NCBI GenBank assembly: GCA_963760795.1
Contig: CAVXEP010000022.1
Coordinates: 32,001 to 96,000 of the forward strand
Length of the DNA stretch: 64,000 nt
Direction: 5' to 3'
DNA from: an uncultured delta proteobacterium
Lineage (GTDB): Bacteria > Desulfobacterota > Binatia > UBA9968
This document shows positions 40,712 through 50,619 of this stretch, in pieces. The notes beneath the pieces were generated by a model. It ran no database searches and had not been told where the DNA came from. It saw only the letters and a program-made list of their open reading frames with translations. How positions within the stretch are numbered: position 1 is the first letter of the stretch; each line of letters begins with the position of its first letter. A program made the translations under genes and the position numbers.

Positions 40712-41992
40712 TCACACCATCGCTCCACGCTCGATGACTAAGGCGGAGTTCTTCGAACCGAAACCAATGCAATTACAGAGCGCGATATCGGTGGCTTTGG
40801 CGATGCTCTGATTGGGAATGTAATTGAGATCGCACTCCGGATCGGACTCGTCCAGATTGATCGTCGGCGGCAAAAAGCCGCCATTCATACCACAGATCGC
40901 GGCGATGACGCCCGCCGCGCCCGATGCCCCTTGAGGATGGCCGATCATCGACTTGACCGAACTCATCGGCAGCTCACGCGCCCGTTTGCCGAAGCATAAC
41001 TTGGTCGCGCGGGTCTCAGTTTTATCATTCAGAACTGTTGCGGTGCCGTGCAGCGCAATGTAACCGACTTCGTCTTTGGCCAGCCGCGCATCTTCGATCG
41101 CCAGGCTCATCGCCCGGGCGGGCTCCTCGCCGCTCGGCTCGAGACGGACACGGTGATAAGCGTCGCATGTCGAGGCATAACCGCGCACCTCGGCATAGAT
41201 CGTTGCACCGCGGATCAACGCCAACTCGCGCTCTTCGAGAATCAAAATCCACGCGCCCTCGCCGAGGACAAAGCCGTCCCGGCTCCGGTCGAACGGCCGC
41301 GACGCCCGTGCCGGCTCATCGTTGTGCGATGTCGACACCGCTTGCATGACGCAGAACCCCTGCATGATCGCCGGCGTAATCGTCGCGTCGGCGCCGCCGG
41401 TGACAAAATGATCGGCCAAGCCGAAACGAATTTGATTGAAGGCGTAGCCGAGAGCGTCGGTGGAGCTGGTGCAGCCGGTGGAAATCACATGGCTCGGTCC
41501 ATGAAAACCGAAATGGATCGATAGTTCGCTCGAAAGCGAGCCGAGGGTCGAACTCGAAACGTTGTAGGCGCTGATTTTACGCAACTGATCGCGGTAATAG
41601 AGGCGATACTGTTCCTCGACGAAATCGGCTGTGCCGCCGCCGCTGCCAAGGATCACGCCCCAGGACTGTTTTTCCTCCAAGCTCATGCCTGCCGGAGAAA
41701 CTCGGGCGCGGCGCAGCGCTTCCTGCGCGGCGGCGACCGCCAGATGCACCGCGCGACCGGTGCGTTTGATATCTTTGGCGGACAGGAAACTCTCCGCCTC
41801 AACGTTCCGAACCTCACCGGCGACGCGGCAAGAAAGCGCGCCAGCATCGAAGCAGGAGATCGTATCGATACCGCTGCTACCTCGCCGCAGAGACTCTTGA
41901 TAGGCATCGGCGCCAATACCGTTCGGGCTCACGACACCGACCCCGGTGACGACAACCCGCCGGCGTTTTGAATCAACTTCGTATCGGCTCAT
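40712..41992 (-). CDS. Beta-ketoacyl-ACP synthase (FabF/KS-alpha-like)
   Basis: 'RRVVVTGVGVVSPNGIG', catalytic Cys 'STGCTSS', 'RPFDRSRDGFVLGEGA', His 'HGTAT', 'KSMIGH', 'GFGSKN'. Confidence 0.92.
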   Translation of the reverse strand: MSRYEVDSKRRRVVVTGVGVVSPNGIGADAYQESLRRGSSGIDTISCFDAGALSCRVAGEVRNVEAESFLSAKDIKRTGRAVHLAVAAAQEALRRARVSPAGMSLEEKQSWGVILGSGGGTADFVEEQYRLYYRDQLRKISAYNVSSSTLGSLSSELSIHFGFHGPSHVISTGCTSSTDALGYAFNQIRFGLADHFVTGGADATITPAIMQGFCVMQAVSTSHNDEPARASRPFDRSRDGFVLGEGAWILILEERELALIRGATIYAEVRGYASTCDAYHRVRLEPSGEEPARAMSLAIEDARLAKDEVGYIALHGTATVLNDKTETRATKLCFGKRARELPMSSVKSMIGHPQGASGAAGVIAAICGMNGGFLPPTINLDESDPECDLNYIPNQSIAKATDIALCNCIGFGSKNSALVIERGAMV

Positions 41993-42043
41993 TGAATTCG
42001 GCCACATCCGTTCGCTTGCCGGCATTTCGTATCAAGCTCGATC

Positions 42044-42997
42044 TCATTGAACATTGGAATATTTCCAGATGGTTCTCAATGCACCAGGCGACCAGGGCTT
42101 AAACAAACGAGCCGGCATTGAGCGCACGAGACTTAAGACGCCACGCAGCACCACCCAAATTTTACGCGCGCCGGTGACATAAGTCCGTTGATCCCAAGCT
42201 CGCGCACCGCGTTTGACCAACAGGGAACCGATCTCGGAATAAACATGACGCGCCGCCGACACGGCGCAGGCTGAACGAAACGACAAATGCCACAAGCCGG
42301 CATCGCCCGATCGATAGTAGCGATCCGCTTCGTTGAGCAGCCGCAGCGTCAACATCGCCAACTTGTCACGATTCTCCGGCGCGCTGATTTGATCAGGAGG
42401 AATTTTTGCTTCATCGAGCCAGGCCAGCGGCAGATAGATGCGCCCCATCCCGGCATCCTCAGTGATGTCGCGGGCGATATTGGTGAGCTGCATGGCGATA
42501 CCAAGATCGGCGGCGTTGCGCAGCGCGCTTTCGTCGCGCAACCCCATCACATGGGACATCATTAAACCAACAGTACCGGCAACCCGGTAACAGTAGAGCA
42601 CGAGCTCGCGCAAAGTCCGGTATCGAGTCCCGCGCACATCCATCGCCATGCCTTCGATCAATTCGAGCGCGTAGTGCGCCGGTATGCCGTAGCGGTGCAC
42701 GATATGTTGCAGGGCGATAAACACCGGTTCTTGCTGCGGCGCAAAGGAGAAAGCCGAAGCGGTTTTCTCTTTTAGTGCTTTAAGCCTGGCTTCCAACTCG
42801 ACCCGATCATCCGCTTCGCCGGCATCATCGACTTGATCGTCGCAGTAGCGGCACCAGCCATAAAGAAACACCGCCGCGTCGCGCGTCTGAGCATCGAAGA
42901 GCTTTGCAGCCAGGGAGAAGCTCTTCGAGCCCTTGGTGATAATTTCGCGGCAATCATTGAGCGCCGCGCGCACTTCAGGGGTTAGCGCATCAGGCAT
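42044..42997 (-). CDS. crtB: Phytoene synthase
   Basis: 'GSKSFSLAA', 'LYGWCRYCDDQVD', 'GMAMD', 'YCYRVAGTVG', 'LGIAMQLTNIARDI.ED..MGRIYLP'. Confidence 0.95.
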   Translation of the reverse strand: MPDALTPEVRAALNDCREIITKGSKSFSLAAKLFDAQTRDAAVFLYGWCRYCDDQVDDAGEADDRVELEARLKALKEKTASAFSFAPQQEPVFIALQHIVHRYGIPAHYALELIEGMAMDVRGTRYRTLRELVLYCYRVAGTVGLMMSHVMGLRDESALRNAADLGIAMQLTNIARDITEDAGMGRIYLPLAWLDEAKIPPDQISAPENRDKLAMLTLRLLNEADRYYRSGDAGLWHLSFRSACAVSAARHVYSEIGSLLVKRGARAWDQRTYVTGARKIWVVLRGVLSLVRSMPARLFKPWSPGALRTIWKYSNVQ

Positions 42998-44522
42998 AGG
43001 ACACTTCCGCCGTTTTGACAGCCGAACTTGCCAAAACAGATTTCATATCTTCAAGAATCAAATTGGCGGTCGCCTTGCCGGAATTGACCACGCCCGGTAT
43101 ACCCGCCCCCGGATGCGTGCCGGCGCCGACGAAATAGAGCCCGCGAATATGCCGATCGCGATTGTGCACGCGAAAATAAGCGCTCTGCATCAGGCGCGGC
43201 TCCAAGGAAAATGCCGAGCCAAGATGGGCGTTGAGCTCACTCTTAAAATCGGCCGGGGTAAAAATTCGCTGCGTGACAATCGACGCGGCGAGACCGGGCA
43301 TGTAGCGCTGCTCCAAATACTTTAAAATCTTTGCCGCGTAACCTGGCCCCTCAACTTTCCAGTCGATCGCGAGCTTACCCAGATGCGGCACCGGCGAGAG
43401 CACGTAGAAGGCTTCGCAGCCTGGCGGCGCCAGCGTCGGATCGGAACGCGTCGGCGCGTGCAGATAAAGCGAAAAATCGTCGGCCAGTCTGCCACGTTCA
43501 AAAATATCGCCCAAGAGTTCGCGGTAGCGCGGTCCGAAGATGACGTTATGGTGCTGCAAATTGGGATAGGCCCGATTGGTGCCGAAGTAAATGAGAAATA
43601 GCGACATGCTGTATTTTTTATGGCCAAGCTTTCGTGCCATCGGGGCGGCACGCGGTTCGCCTTTGAGCAGCCGATCGTAGGTGTGGACGACATCGGCGTT
43701 ACTCACCACCAGATCGAAACTTTCTTCCCGCCCCGCGTTGGTTTGCAAACCCGTCACCGCGCCGTCACGGGTAACGATCCTTTCGATCTCAGCCTCGAAA
43801 CGAATCTCACCACCGAGTTCTCGGAAAAGTCTTACCAACGCCCAAACCAGCTGGCCCGTGCCGCCCTTGGGGAAAAACACTCCCCACTTGCGTTCGAGGC
43901 AATGAATCAGCGTATAAATCGACGTGGTCGTAAACGGGTTGCCGCCGACCAAGAGCGAATGAAAACTAAACAGCTGGCGCAGATGCGGATCGCGAATATG
44001 TTTGGCGACCATGCTGTAGACCGAGCGGTAAGCTTCAAGCCGAATCAACTGCGGTGCCACCGCCGCCATGCTCGAGAGATTTAAGAACGGCACATGAACC
44101 AGCTTTTCGTAACCTTCATGAAAGACTTCTTGCGAGTATTTTAAGAATTTTTGATAGCCCGCCCAATCGGCCGGCGATTTGGCGCGAATTTGCCGCTCCA
44201 GCGCGGCATCGTCGTCCGAGTAATCGAAGACGTATCCATCGTCCCAGAACAAACGGTAAAACGGGGTGACCGGCATCAGCTCGACGTAATCTTGCAGCGA
44301 TTTGCCGGCGACCGCGAAAAGCTCTTCTAGACAATGCGGTGCGGTAATGACCGTTGGGCCGGCATCGAAGGTAAATCCGTTGTCACGATAAACGTAGGCA
44401 CGACCGCCGGGCTGATCGCGCTTTTCAAAAATAATAGTGTCGCAGCCAGCCGCTTGCAGACGAATGGCGGCGGCGAGGCCGCCGAAACCGCTACCGATGA
44501 CTGCGACGCGCGGCTTATCCAT
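42990..44522 (-). CDS. crtI: Phytoene desaturase (Pantoea-type)
   Basis: 'IGSGFGGLAAAIRLQA', 'GFTFDAGPTVIT', 'SFHSLLVGGNPF', 'VGAGTHPGAGIPGV'. Confidence 0.96.
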   Translation of the reverse strand: MDKPRVAVIGSGFGGLAAAIRLQAAGCDTIIFEKRDQPGGRAYVYRDNGFTFDAGPTVITAPHCLEELFAVAGKSLQDYVELMPVTPFYRLFWDDGYVFDYSDDDAALERQIRAKSPADWAGYQKFLKYSQEVFHEGYEKLVHVPFLNLSSMAAVAPQLIRLEAYRSVYSMVAKHIRDPHLRQLFSFHSLLVGGNPFTTTSIYTLIHCLERKWGVFFPKGGTGQLVWALVRLFRELGGEIRFEAEIERIVTRDGAVTGLQTNAGREESFDLVVSNADVVHTYDRLLKGEPRAAPMARKLGHKKYSMSLFLIYFGTNRAYPNLQHHNVIFGPRYRELLGDIFERGRLADDFSLYLHAPTRSDPTLAPPGCEAFYVLSPVPHLGKLAIDWKVEGPGYAAKILKYLEQRYMPGLAASIVTQRIFTPADFKSELNAHLGSAFSLEPRLMQSAYFRVHNRDRHIRGLYFVGAGTHPGAGIPGVVNSGKATANLILEDMKSVLASSAVKTAEVSYA

Positions 44523-45640
44523 AAGCGACTGCAATTTCCTCGCCCAACTGGCGCAGTTCGTTGAAGGCTCGCGATGACCAAGCTATATCCGACTCGCACA
44601 AGCGCTGTTTCAACCTAGCGAAGGCACGATCCAGATGCAGGCGCGCGCTTGCGCGGGTCATTGGAATCAGATCATGAGAGGCGATCCAGCTTTCCAACGA
44701 CTTGGCGTTGGGTAACTCGGCGACAGCATGGAGAAACGTTTCATACTCATAAGCGTCGGTTGAATTTGCCGCGCAAGCCCACACCCAAGAGGGGCGCGAC
44801 AGCGATAGGTCTTCAAAACGCTTTTGCGGATCGCATTTGCCGATGACATTTCCCAGGTCATCGTACATTTGTAATGCGATGCCAAGATCGACGCCAAAGG
44901 CATCGAGCGATTCAATCACGCGCTGGGGCTTGCCTGCCACGGTTCCGCCCAGCGCCGCCGCGAACCCCATCAAAGCGCCGGTCTTGAGAGTCATCCCGGC
45001 CAGGCACACTTCCGCCACCGATGTCTGCGGCAACTGCGGCACCTTGGCGCCTAGATCGAGACCTTGGCCGAAATGCGCGCGCAACAGCGTTCGGTTATAT
45101 CGCTCATACAGGCACGCCATTTGTTCAGCCGCGAGGCCGGCGTCTTTGAGCAGCTCGAATGGCCAGAAGTAAAGCCAGTTTCCAGCGTTGAGCGCCAAGG
45201 GAACTCCGTATTGCACATGCAATGCCGGCCGCCCACGGCGCATCTCGCTGCCATCCTCGATGTCATCGACGATTAACGAGCCGGCGTGCATCAGTTCGAC
45301 GACCTCTGCGCAGTCGCGGCACTGCTTTGCCGCGGCAAACGACACCGCGCGCTCATCGTGGAACAGTCGATAAGTCATCGCGACGAGTTGCGCCCGGATA
45401 CGCTTGCCCGGATTGGCCGTAAGCGCTGCCACAGGGTCGAGCAACGCTTGCCGCAGGGCACTTTCCACCGCGGCGCTATGATCGATGCCGAGAAGCTCCG
45501 CCAAACGGCCATCGGCAAACATTACCGCTTCAGCGCCGGCGCCACTGGGTAGCCGGCTTGGCTTGTCATCTGATGCCGGCGCGATAGCGCCGCTTCGCCA
45601 GCGTCGTGCCGCTGTACATCGTCAATCCTTGATGTTTCAT
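44515..45640 (-). CDS. crtE: Geranylgeranyl diphosphate synthase (probable frameshift near 45600; intact ORF from 45522)
   Basis: 'GKRIRA', 'HAGSLIVDDIEDGS.MRRG', 'GQGLD', 'KTG', 'QMYDDL'. RBS GGGGAG precedes an out-of-frame ATG at 45640. The stop overlaps the crtI start. Confidence 0.85.
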
Positions 45641-45664
45641 CCTATCTCTCCCCTATGAGCACAA

Positions 45665-46582
45665 TCACCCTTCCGCTGACAACAATGTCTCCGGCGGCAC
45701 TTCCAAAGCGTTGGCCATGCGCACCATAATATCCAGGGAAACGTTTTGCTTGGCGCCTTCGACGGCGATGATGCAGGCGCGCGCCACCTGAGTCACCTCG
45801 GCCAGGTGCTCTTGAGTCCATCCCCGTTTTGTCCGCAAATCGCGCACGCGGCGCGCCAGCACCATTTGATATTCTTTGAGCACTGACTTGGGCCGATCGG
45901 CGCGCAACAGCCGGCCGATGGAACTTACACCGACCATGATATCTTCAGCAATTTCACAACGCCGGCCAAGATTTTTCACGCTGGGATTGTCTACTACCGC
46001 CTGTCCGGCAATAACCACCCGGACCTCAGGCGCCGACTTTTCTAAGTCACCAATTACCAGACGAGCATTTTCAACCCCCTGCGTCATCGTCACGGATAGC
46101 CCAATCACCTGCGGGTGACGTCGATGCACCATCTCAACCAGCGCTTGGTTGGGCACATTGGCGCCGAGAAAGTCGACGTGCCAGCCCCGTGCCCCGCATA
46201 GGTCAGCCAGCATGCGAGCGCCGATGTAATGCTGCTCTCCTTCGATGCAGGCAACCATTACGCGATAGAGTGAGCGCCTAGCGGGAGGCGCGAAGTGCGC
46301 GCGCAGGCGGTCCATCTGGCCGATCACGATCTCCGTCGCCAGCTTCTGTTCGCCGACCCCGATATCACCGCGGCACCATGACTCGCCGACACCTTCGAGA
46401 GCCGGGGTGACTACTTTGAGATAAATATCGCCAAGCGTCTGCTGCGATGAGATAAGTTCGTCAGTGACCTGCCCGGCGATCTCGTGATCGCCGTTGACAA
46501 TGGCGTGGGCCAAGCGCTTTTGCTTTGCGTCGAAATATTCGGCGCTGGCATCGGCAGCAAATTTTTCCAAGGTAGCGGCCAT
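45665..46582 (-). CDS. Cobalamin-binding regulator: B12-binding_2 helical bundle + B12 Rossmann domain + C-terminal XRE HTH
   Basis: 'PALEGVGESWCRGDIGVGEQKLAT', base-off His motif 'EGEQHYIG..M', 'FLGANVP', 'IGLSVT', 'VIAGQA', then 'RVRDLRTKRGWTQEHLAE...IIAVEGAKQNVSLD...ANALEV'. Confidence 0.88.
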   Translation of the reverse strand: MAATLEKFAADASAEYFDAKQKRLAHAIVNGDHEIAGQVTDELISSQQTLGDIYLKVVTPALEGVGESWCRGDIGVGEQKLATEIVIGQMDRLRAHFAPPARRSLYRVMVACIEGEQHYIGARMLADLCGARGWHVDFLGANVPNQALVEMVHRRHPQVIGLSVTMTQGVENARLVIGDLEKSAPEVRVVIAGQAVVDNPSVKNLGRRCEIAEDIMVGVSSIGRLLRADRPKSVLKEYQMVLARRVRDLRTKRGWTQEHLAEVTQVARACIIAVEGAKQNVSLDIMVRMANALEVPPETLLSAEG

Positions 46583-46631
46583 ATTCAAAGCCTAAATAAA
46601 ACTAATCGAGATTCGACAATGGACCAACTTG

Positions 46632-47539
46632 CTAAAGCCCCAACGACTCCAGGGCCAGCTTAAGATTCGGATATTTGAATTTGAAACCGAGCTTGATCGC
46701 CGCCTCGGGAATCGCCCGCTGGCCGTTCAGCAACATCTCCGCCATCTCACCCACCATCAGCGCCAGTACAAATGGCGGCACCCTTGCCCACGACGGCCGG
46801 TTCAATACGCCACCCAGAGTCTTGGAAAACTCTGCCATGGTCACCGGATTGGGCGCCGTGCCATTAAATGCGCCGCGCGCGCTCTCGTTCTCGACCAGGA
46901 ACTGAATCAATCCGACCTCATCTTCGATATGAATCCACGGCATCCACTGCCGGCCCGAACCGAGCGGCCCGCCAGTAAACATTTTGAACGGCGGCACCAT
47001 CTTTTTTAACGCACCCTCGCCTTTGGCCAAGACGATGCCCGTGCGCAGCAAGCAAACCCGCACACCAAGCGATTCCGCCTTCTTCGCTTGCCGATTCCCA
47101 ATCGACGCACAGGCGCGCGAGAAAATCGTCGCCGGGTTTGCTGTCTTCGTTCAACGGTTCGTCGCCGTGGGGACCGTAGTAGCCCACTGCCGATGCACTG
47201 ATCATTAATTTCGGTTTGACCTGGGCCTTAGCGATGGCATCAACCAACGCTTTCGTCCCATCGACACGGCTCGAGCGCAGAATTTCCTTTTGCTTGGGAG
47301 TCCATCGCTTACCGGCGATCGGCTCCCCTGCAAGATTGATCACCGCATCGGCACCGTCGATGGCACGCTCCCAGTCGCCGCTGGCACCCGGCTGCCACGC
47401 CAACCACTGTTTTTTCGCTACGCTAATTTCCGCCGGTGGTCTGCGGCTAAGCAAGACTAACGCAGTGATGACTCTTCGACAACCGCTCGGTCAATAGCGA
47501 TCCGATCATGCCCGTGGCGCCGGTAAGTACGATTTTCAT
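46632..47539 (-). CDS. TIGR01777/YfcH-like NAD-dependent epimerase-family protein (two apparent frameshifts, ~47465 and ~47090)
   Basis: 'MKIVLTGATGMIG', 'DAVINLAGEPI..KRW', 'SASAVGYYG', 'FLARLC.DWE', 'RTGIVL', 'GSGRQWMPWIHIED'. Confidence 0.85.
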
Positions 47540-47631
47540 CTTGTGTTAATACCGCTCTCAGAATGGCTAAGAACTTCCATCAATGTACGATATAGTTGAC
47601 GTTTCTATCTAAAATGTTATCAATAGTCAAC

Positions 47632-48601
47632 ATGGACGCGAAAAAATTTTCAAATACTAATCCGAAAGTAGGAATCAGCGCCTGCCTGCTCGGACAGCAG
47701 GTACGCTTCGACGGCGGGCACAAACGCGATCTCTTTCTCACCGATCTTTTCGGCAAATTCGTCGACTGGGTAGCCATCTGTCCCGAAGTCGAAGTCGGCA
47801 TGGGCGTGCCGCGCGAGACGGTGCGGTTAGTCGGAACACCGACCGATCCGCGAATGATCGCAGAGAAATCTGGTAAAGACTGGACTGAAGCGATGCATCG
47901 CTTCGCCGCGAAACGCGTACGGGACATCGCTGAACAAACAGTTGTCGGGCTATGTATTCAAGAAAAACTCACCCAGCTGCGGCATGGAGCGGATCAAAGT
48001 CTATAACGCAAAAGGCATGGCGGAGCGGCAAGGCCGCGGCCTTTTCGCTGCGGCGCTGATGAACCAGTGGCCGCTCTTGCCGGTCGAAGAAGAGGGCCGG
48101 CTGAACGATTTAAAGCTTAGAGAAAATTTCATCGAGAGAGTCTTCGCCTACCATCGCTGGCTGCAAGCAACGTCGGAGCGAAGATCACCCGGGGCGCTGG
48201 TGCGCTTTCACACGAGTCACAAATATTTATTGCTGGCGCACAGCGAGCGTCACTATCGCCAACTCGGTCGCCTGGTGGCGGCAGCGAAACAAATATCTAT
48301 TGCCGCGGTTTACGACGACTACGGCCGGGTTTTTATGGACGCGTTAGCGGTTCACGCTACTGAGAAGTCTCATGCCAATGTCCTGGATCACATGATGGGC
48401 TACTTCTCCAAGCAGTTGACCGCCGCCGAGCGACAAGAACTGGTGCAATTAATCGGCGAATTCCGCCACCGGCTCATTCCGTTGATCGCGCCGATCACAA
48501 TGATCCGCCACTACACTAGAAAATACCAAGTTGCATACTTGCAAGGACAGCTTTATCTGGAACCCAATCCTAAGGAGCTGATGCTGCGAAACCATGTCTA
48601 A
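47632..48601 (+). CDS. DUF523 (TudS-like thiouracil desulfidase)-DUF1722 fusion, YbgA/RudS-type (frameshift near 47940)
   Basis: Fe-S Cys motifs 'ISACLLG...RFDGGHK', 'ICPEVEVG', 'SPSCG', plus 'PVEEEGRL.D..LRENF.ER', 'FH..HKY.LLAH', 'YL.P.P.EL.LRNHV'. Confidence 0.88.
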
Positions 48602-48637
48602 GCGACAGGGTTTGCTCGACGGGTAACAATAACTATC

Positions 48638-49117
48638 ATGAAGACCTACTGGCTTAGAAAAACAATTTGGCTGCCGCAACCACGCGCCAAAGTGTTCGAG
48701 TTCTTTTCCAACCCCGGCAATCTCGATCGCCTCACGCCGGCATGGCTCAACTTCGCGATTCTGACACCGGCGTCGAGCAAAATGAAACAGGGATCGTTGT
48801 TAGACTATCGGCTACGCATTCGCGGCATACCGATTCGCTGGCAGAGCGAGATCGCCGTCTGGGAACCGCCGCACCGTTTCGTCGACCGGCAAACCAAAGG
48901 TCCCTACTCCCTCTGGGTCCACGAACACATCTTCGAAGAGCATGACAATGGCACACTGGTTGGCGACAACGTCGAATATGCCGTCCCCGGCGGACGCATC
49001 GTGCAGAAGTTTCTGGTCGCTCCCGATATTGAGCGAATCTTTGACTATCGCCACAAAATATTGGAAGAACTGTTCAATCCGGCGAAGCTCACGCGGTCAC
49101 AGCGATCCGGCGCTTAA
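48638..49117 (+). CDS. SRPBCC (polyketide cyclase/START-like) protein
   Basis: '[14 protein letters not shown]', 'W.SEI..WEPP.RFVD.Q.KGPY..W.HEH.F', 'IFDYR'. Confidence 0.85.
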   Translation: MKTYWLRKTIWLPQPRAKVFEFFSNPGNLDRLTPAWLNFAILTPASSKMKQGSLLDYRLRIRGIPIRWQSEIAVWEPPHRFVDRQTKGPYSLWVHEHIFEEHDNGTLVGDNVEYAVPGGRIVQKFLVAPDIERIFDYRHKILEELFNPAKLTRSQRSGA

Positions 49118-50515
49118 GGATTCGACAGCGCGCCTTTTTCTAACGCCGCCACGCGCGCGATATAAGCTTTACTGTTGAACTTGCGCGATGTACTGGCAAA
49201 GGACATATAACGGATTTTTCCGTAAATTGGCCGCTCCGGGCCCCAGGCCCGGTCATGCTTGCCGACGATCGCCCAGGCGATCCCGGCGTAACCGTTGGGA
49301 TCGCGGCCATCAGTTCGTAGCGATCGTTCAGCCGAACGGCGATCTCGAACGCATCGGCCGGCGCGGGGCTCCATTCAAGAATTTTCTTGGCCCAATACAT
49401 GCGCAGGTAGCCGTGCATCCAACCGGTCAGCACCATTTGTTTTTGCGCAGCGTTCCACAGCGGATCGTGGGTTTCGGCGTTCTCAAGCTGTCTTTCCGAA
49501 TAAATATACGGGCGCGAGTCGCGCGCATGAAGGCGCAGACTGCGATCCGCCCAAGGCGCACTGGCCTCGAAGCTGTCGTAGCTTGGATTGTAGCGGACAA
49601 AATTTATCGCCAACTCACGGCGCACGATGAGCTCCTCGAGAAACGCCTTCTTGGCGAGATCCGGTGCGCTGGCGTGTGTTGCCGCCAGCGCAACCTGCTG
49701 GACGCTGATATGGCCGAAATGAAGATACGGCGACAGCTGGCTAGTGCCGTCAATGTCCGGCTGATTGCGCTGCGTGTCATAGGCGGCAAGCCGGGTGGCG
49801 AGAAACCGGTCAAGCGGCGCTCGCGCCGCCCGCGCACCGCCAACAAATCTCGCTACCGGGAGCACCGAACGGTCGATGGGAAAATTTTCCAACAGCGAGT
49901 CATCCACGTCGACAGTTTGCAGCCCGGCGGGACAGTCGCCATTCAACGTGGGCGCTCGGATTAGTCGGAGGTATCAGAAAACCGGACAACAGGTCCCGAA
50001 TCTTCGGACGGATCGTGCGTGCCGCGTAATGCTCTTTACCGAGCAATCGGCTTGGCACGACGACATCGGCGTCCACGGTCCAGAACGGCACTCGAAGGTC
50101 GCAGCGATGCGCGCTCCTTAGCGCGTTCCGCCTCGCGCAACGGGTTCTCATCGCCGATGACCAGACAGGGGCTAACCTGCGCACAAAATCGCGCCAGGCC
50201 GTGATCCGGATATCGGCGCAAAACAAATCCAACTCGGCGTTTCCGCAGCTCGGTCGAGAGATCGACAAGCCCTTGGCGCATGAACTCATAGTGGCGAAGA
50301 TTCGCACGACCAGATCGAGGGAAAAGCTGAAAGAAGACAACGACCGGTTTGCTAAGCAGGTTGGCCGCTTCGATAGCGACGTTCAGAGCCGGATTGTCGC
50401 GCGCTCGTTGCGCTCGCTGCATCCAGTAAATGACGCAACTTCCATTATGATCCGGCGCGCCGGCTTTGCGCCGGGTTACGCGCGCATCGAACTCCAACGA
50501 TTCAAGATTATTCAT
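49114..50515 (-). CDS. phr: Class II CPD photolyase (three apparent frameshifts, ~50105, ~49945, ~49310)
   Basis: Four consecutive ORF pieces give '[15 protein letters not shown]', 'VDADVVVP', '[10 protein letters not shown]', 'EELIVRREL', '[10 protein letters not shown]...[16 protein letters not shown]', '[13 protein letters not shown]...[15 protein letters not shown]'. Confidence 0.9.
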
Positions 50516-50619
50516 TGGCTATATGTTCTATATTAGACTGAGATCTTCAATCGAAGATTAGCGTATGTCCAAATCATTTGCTAAAAACAATCGACTGCCC
50601 ACCTAAATGAGGCAAATCT

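Noticed and set aside
49114-50515. Programmed ribosomal frameshifting in the photolyase and neighbouring genes
   Set aside because: Multiple shifts per gene with no canonical slippery heptamers, and similar indels in core genes, point to sequence error or decay.
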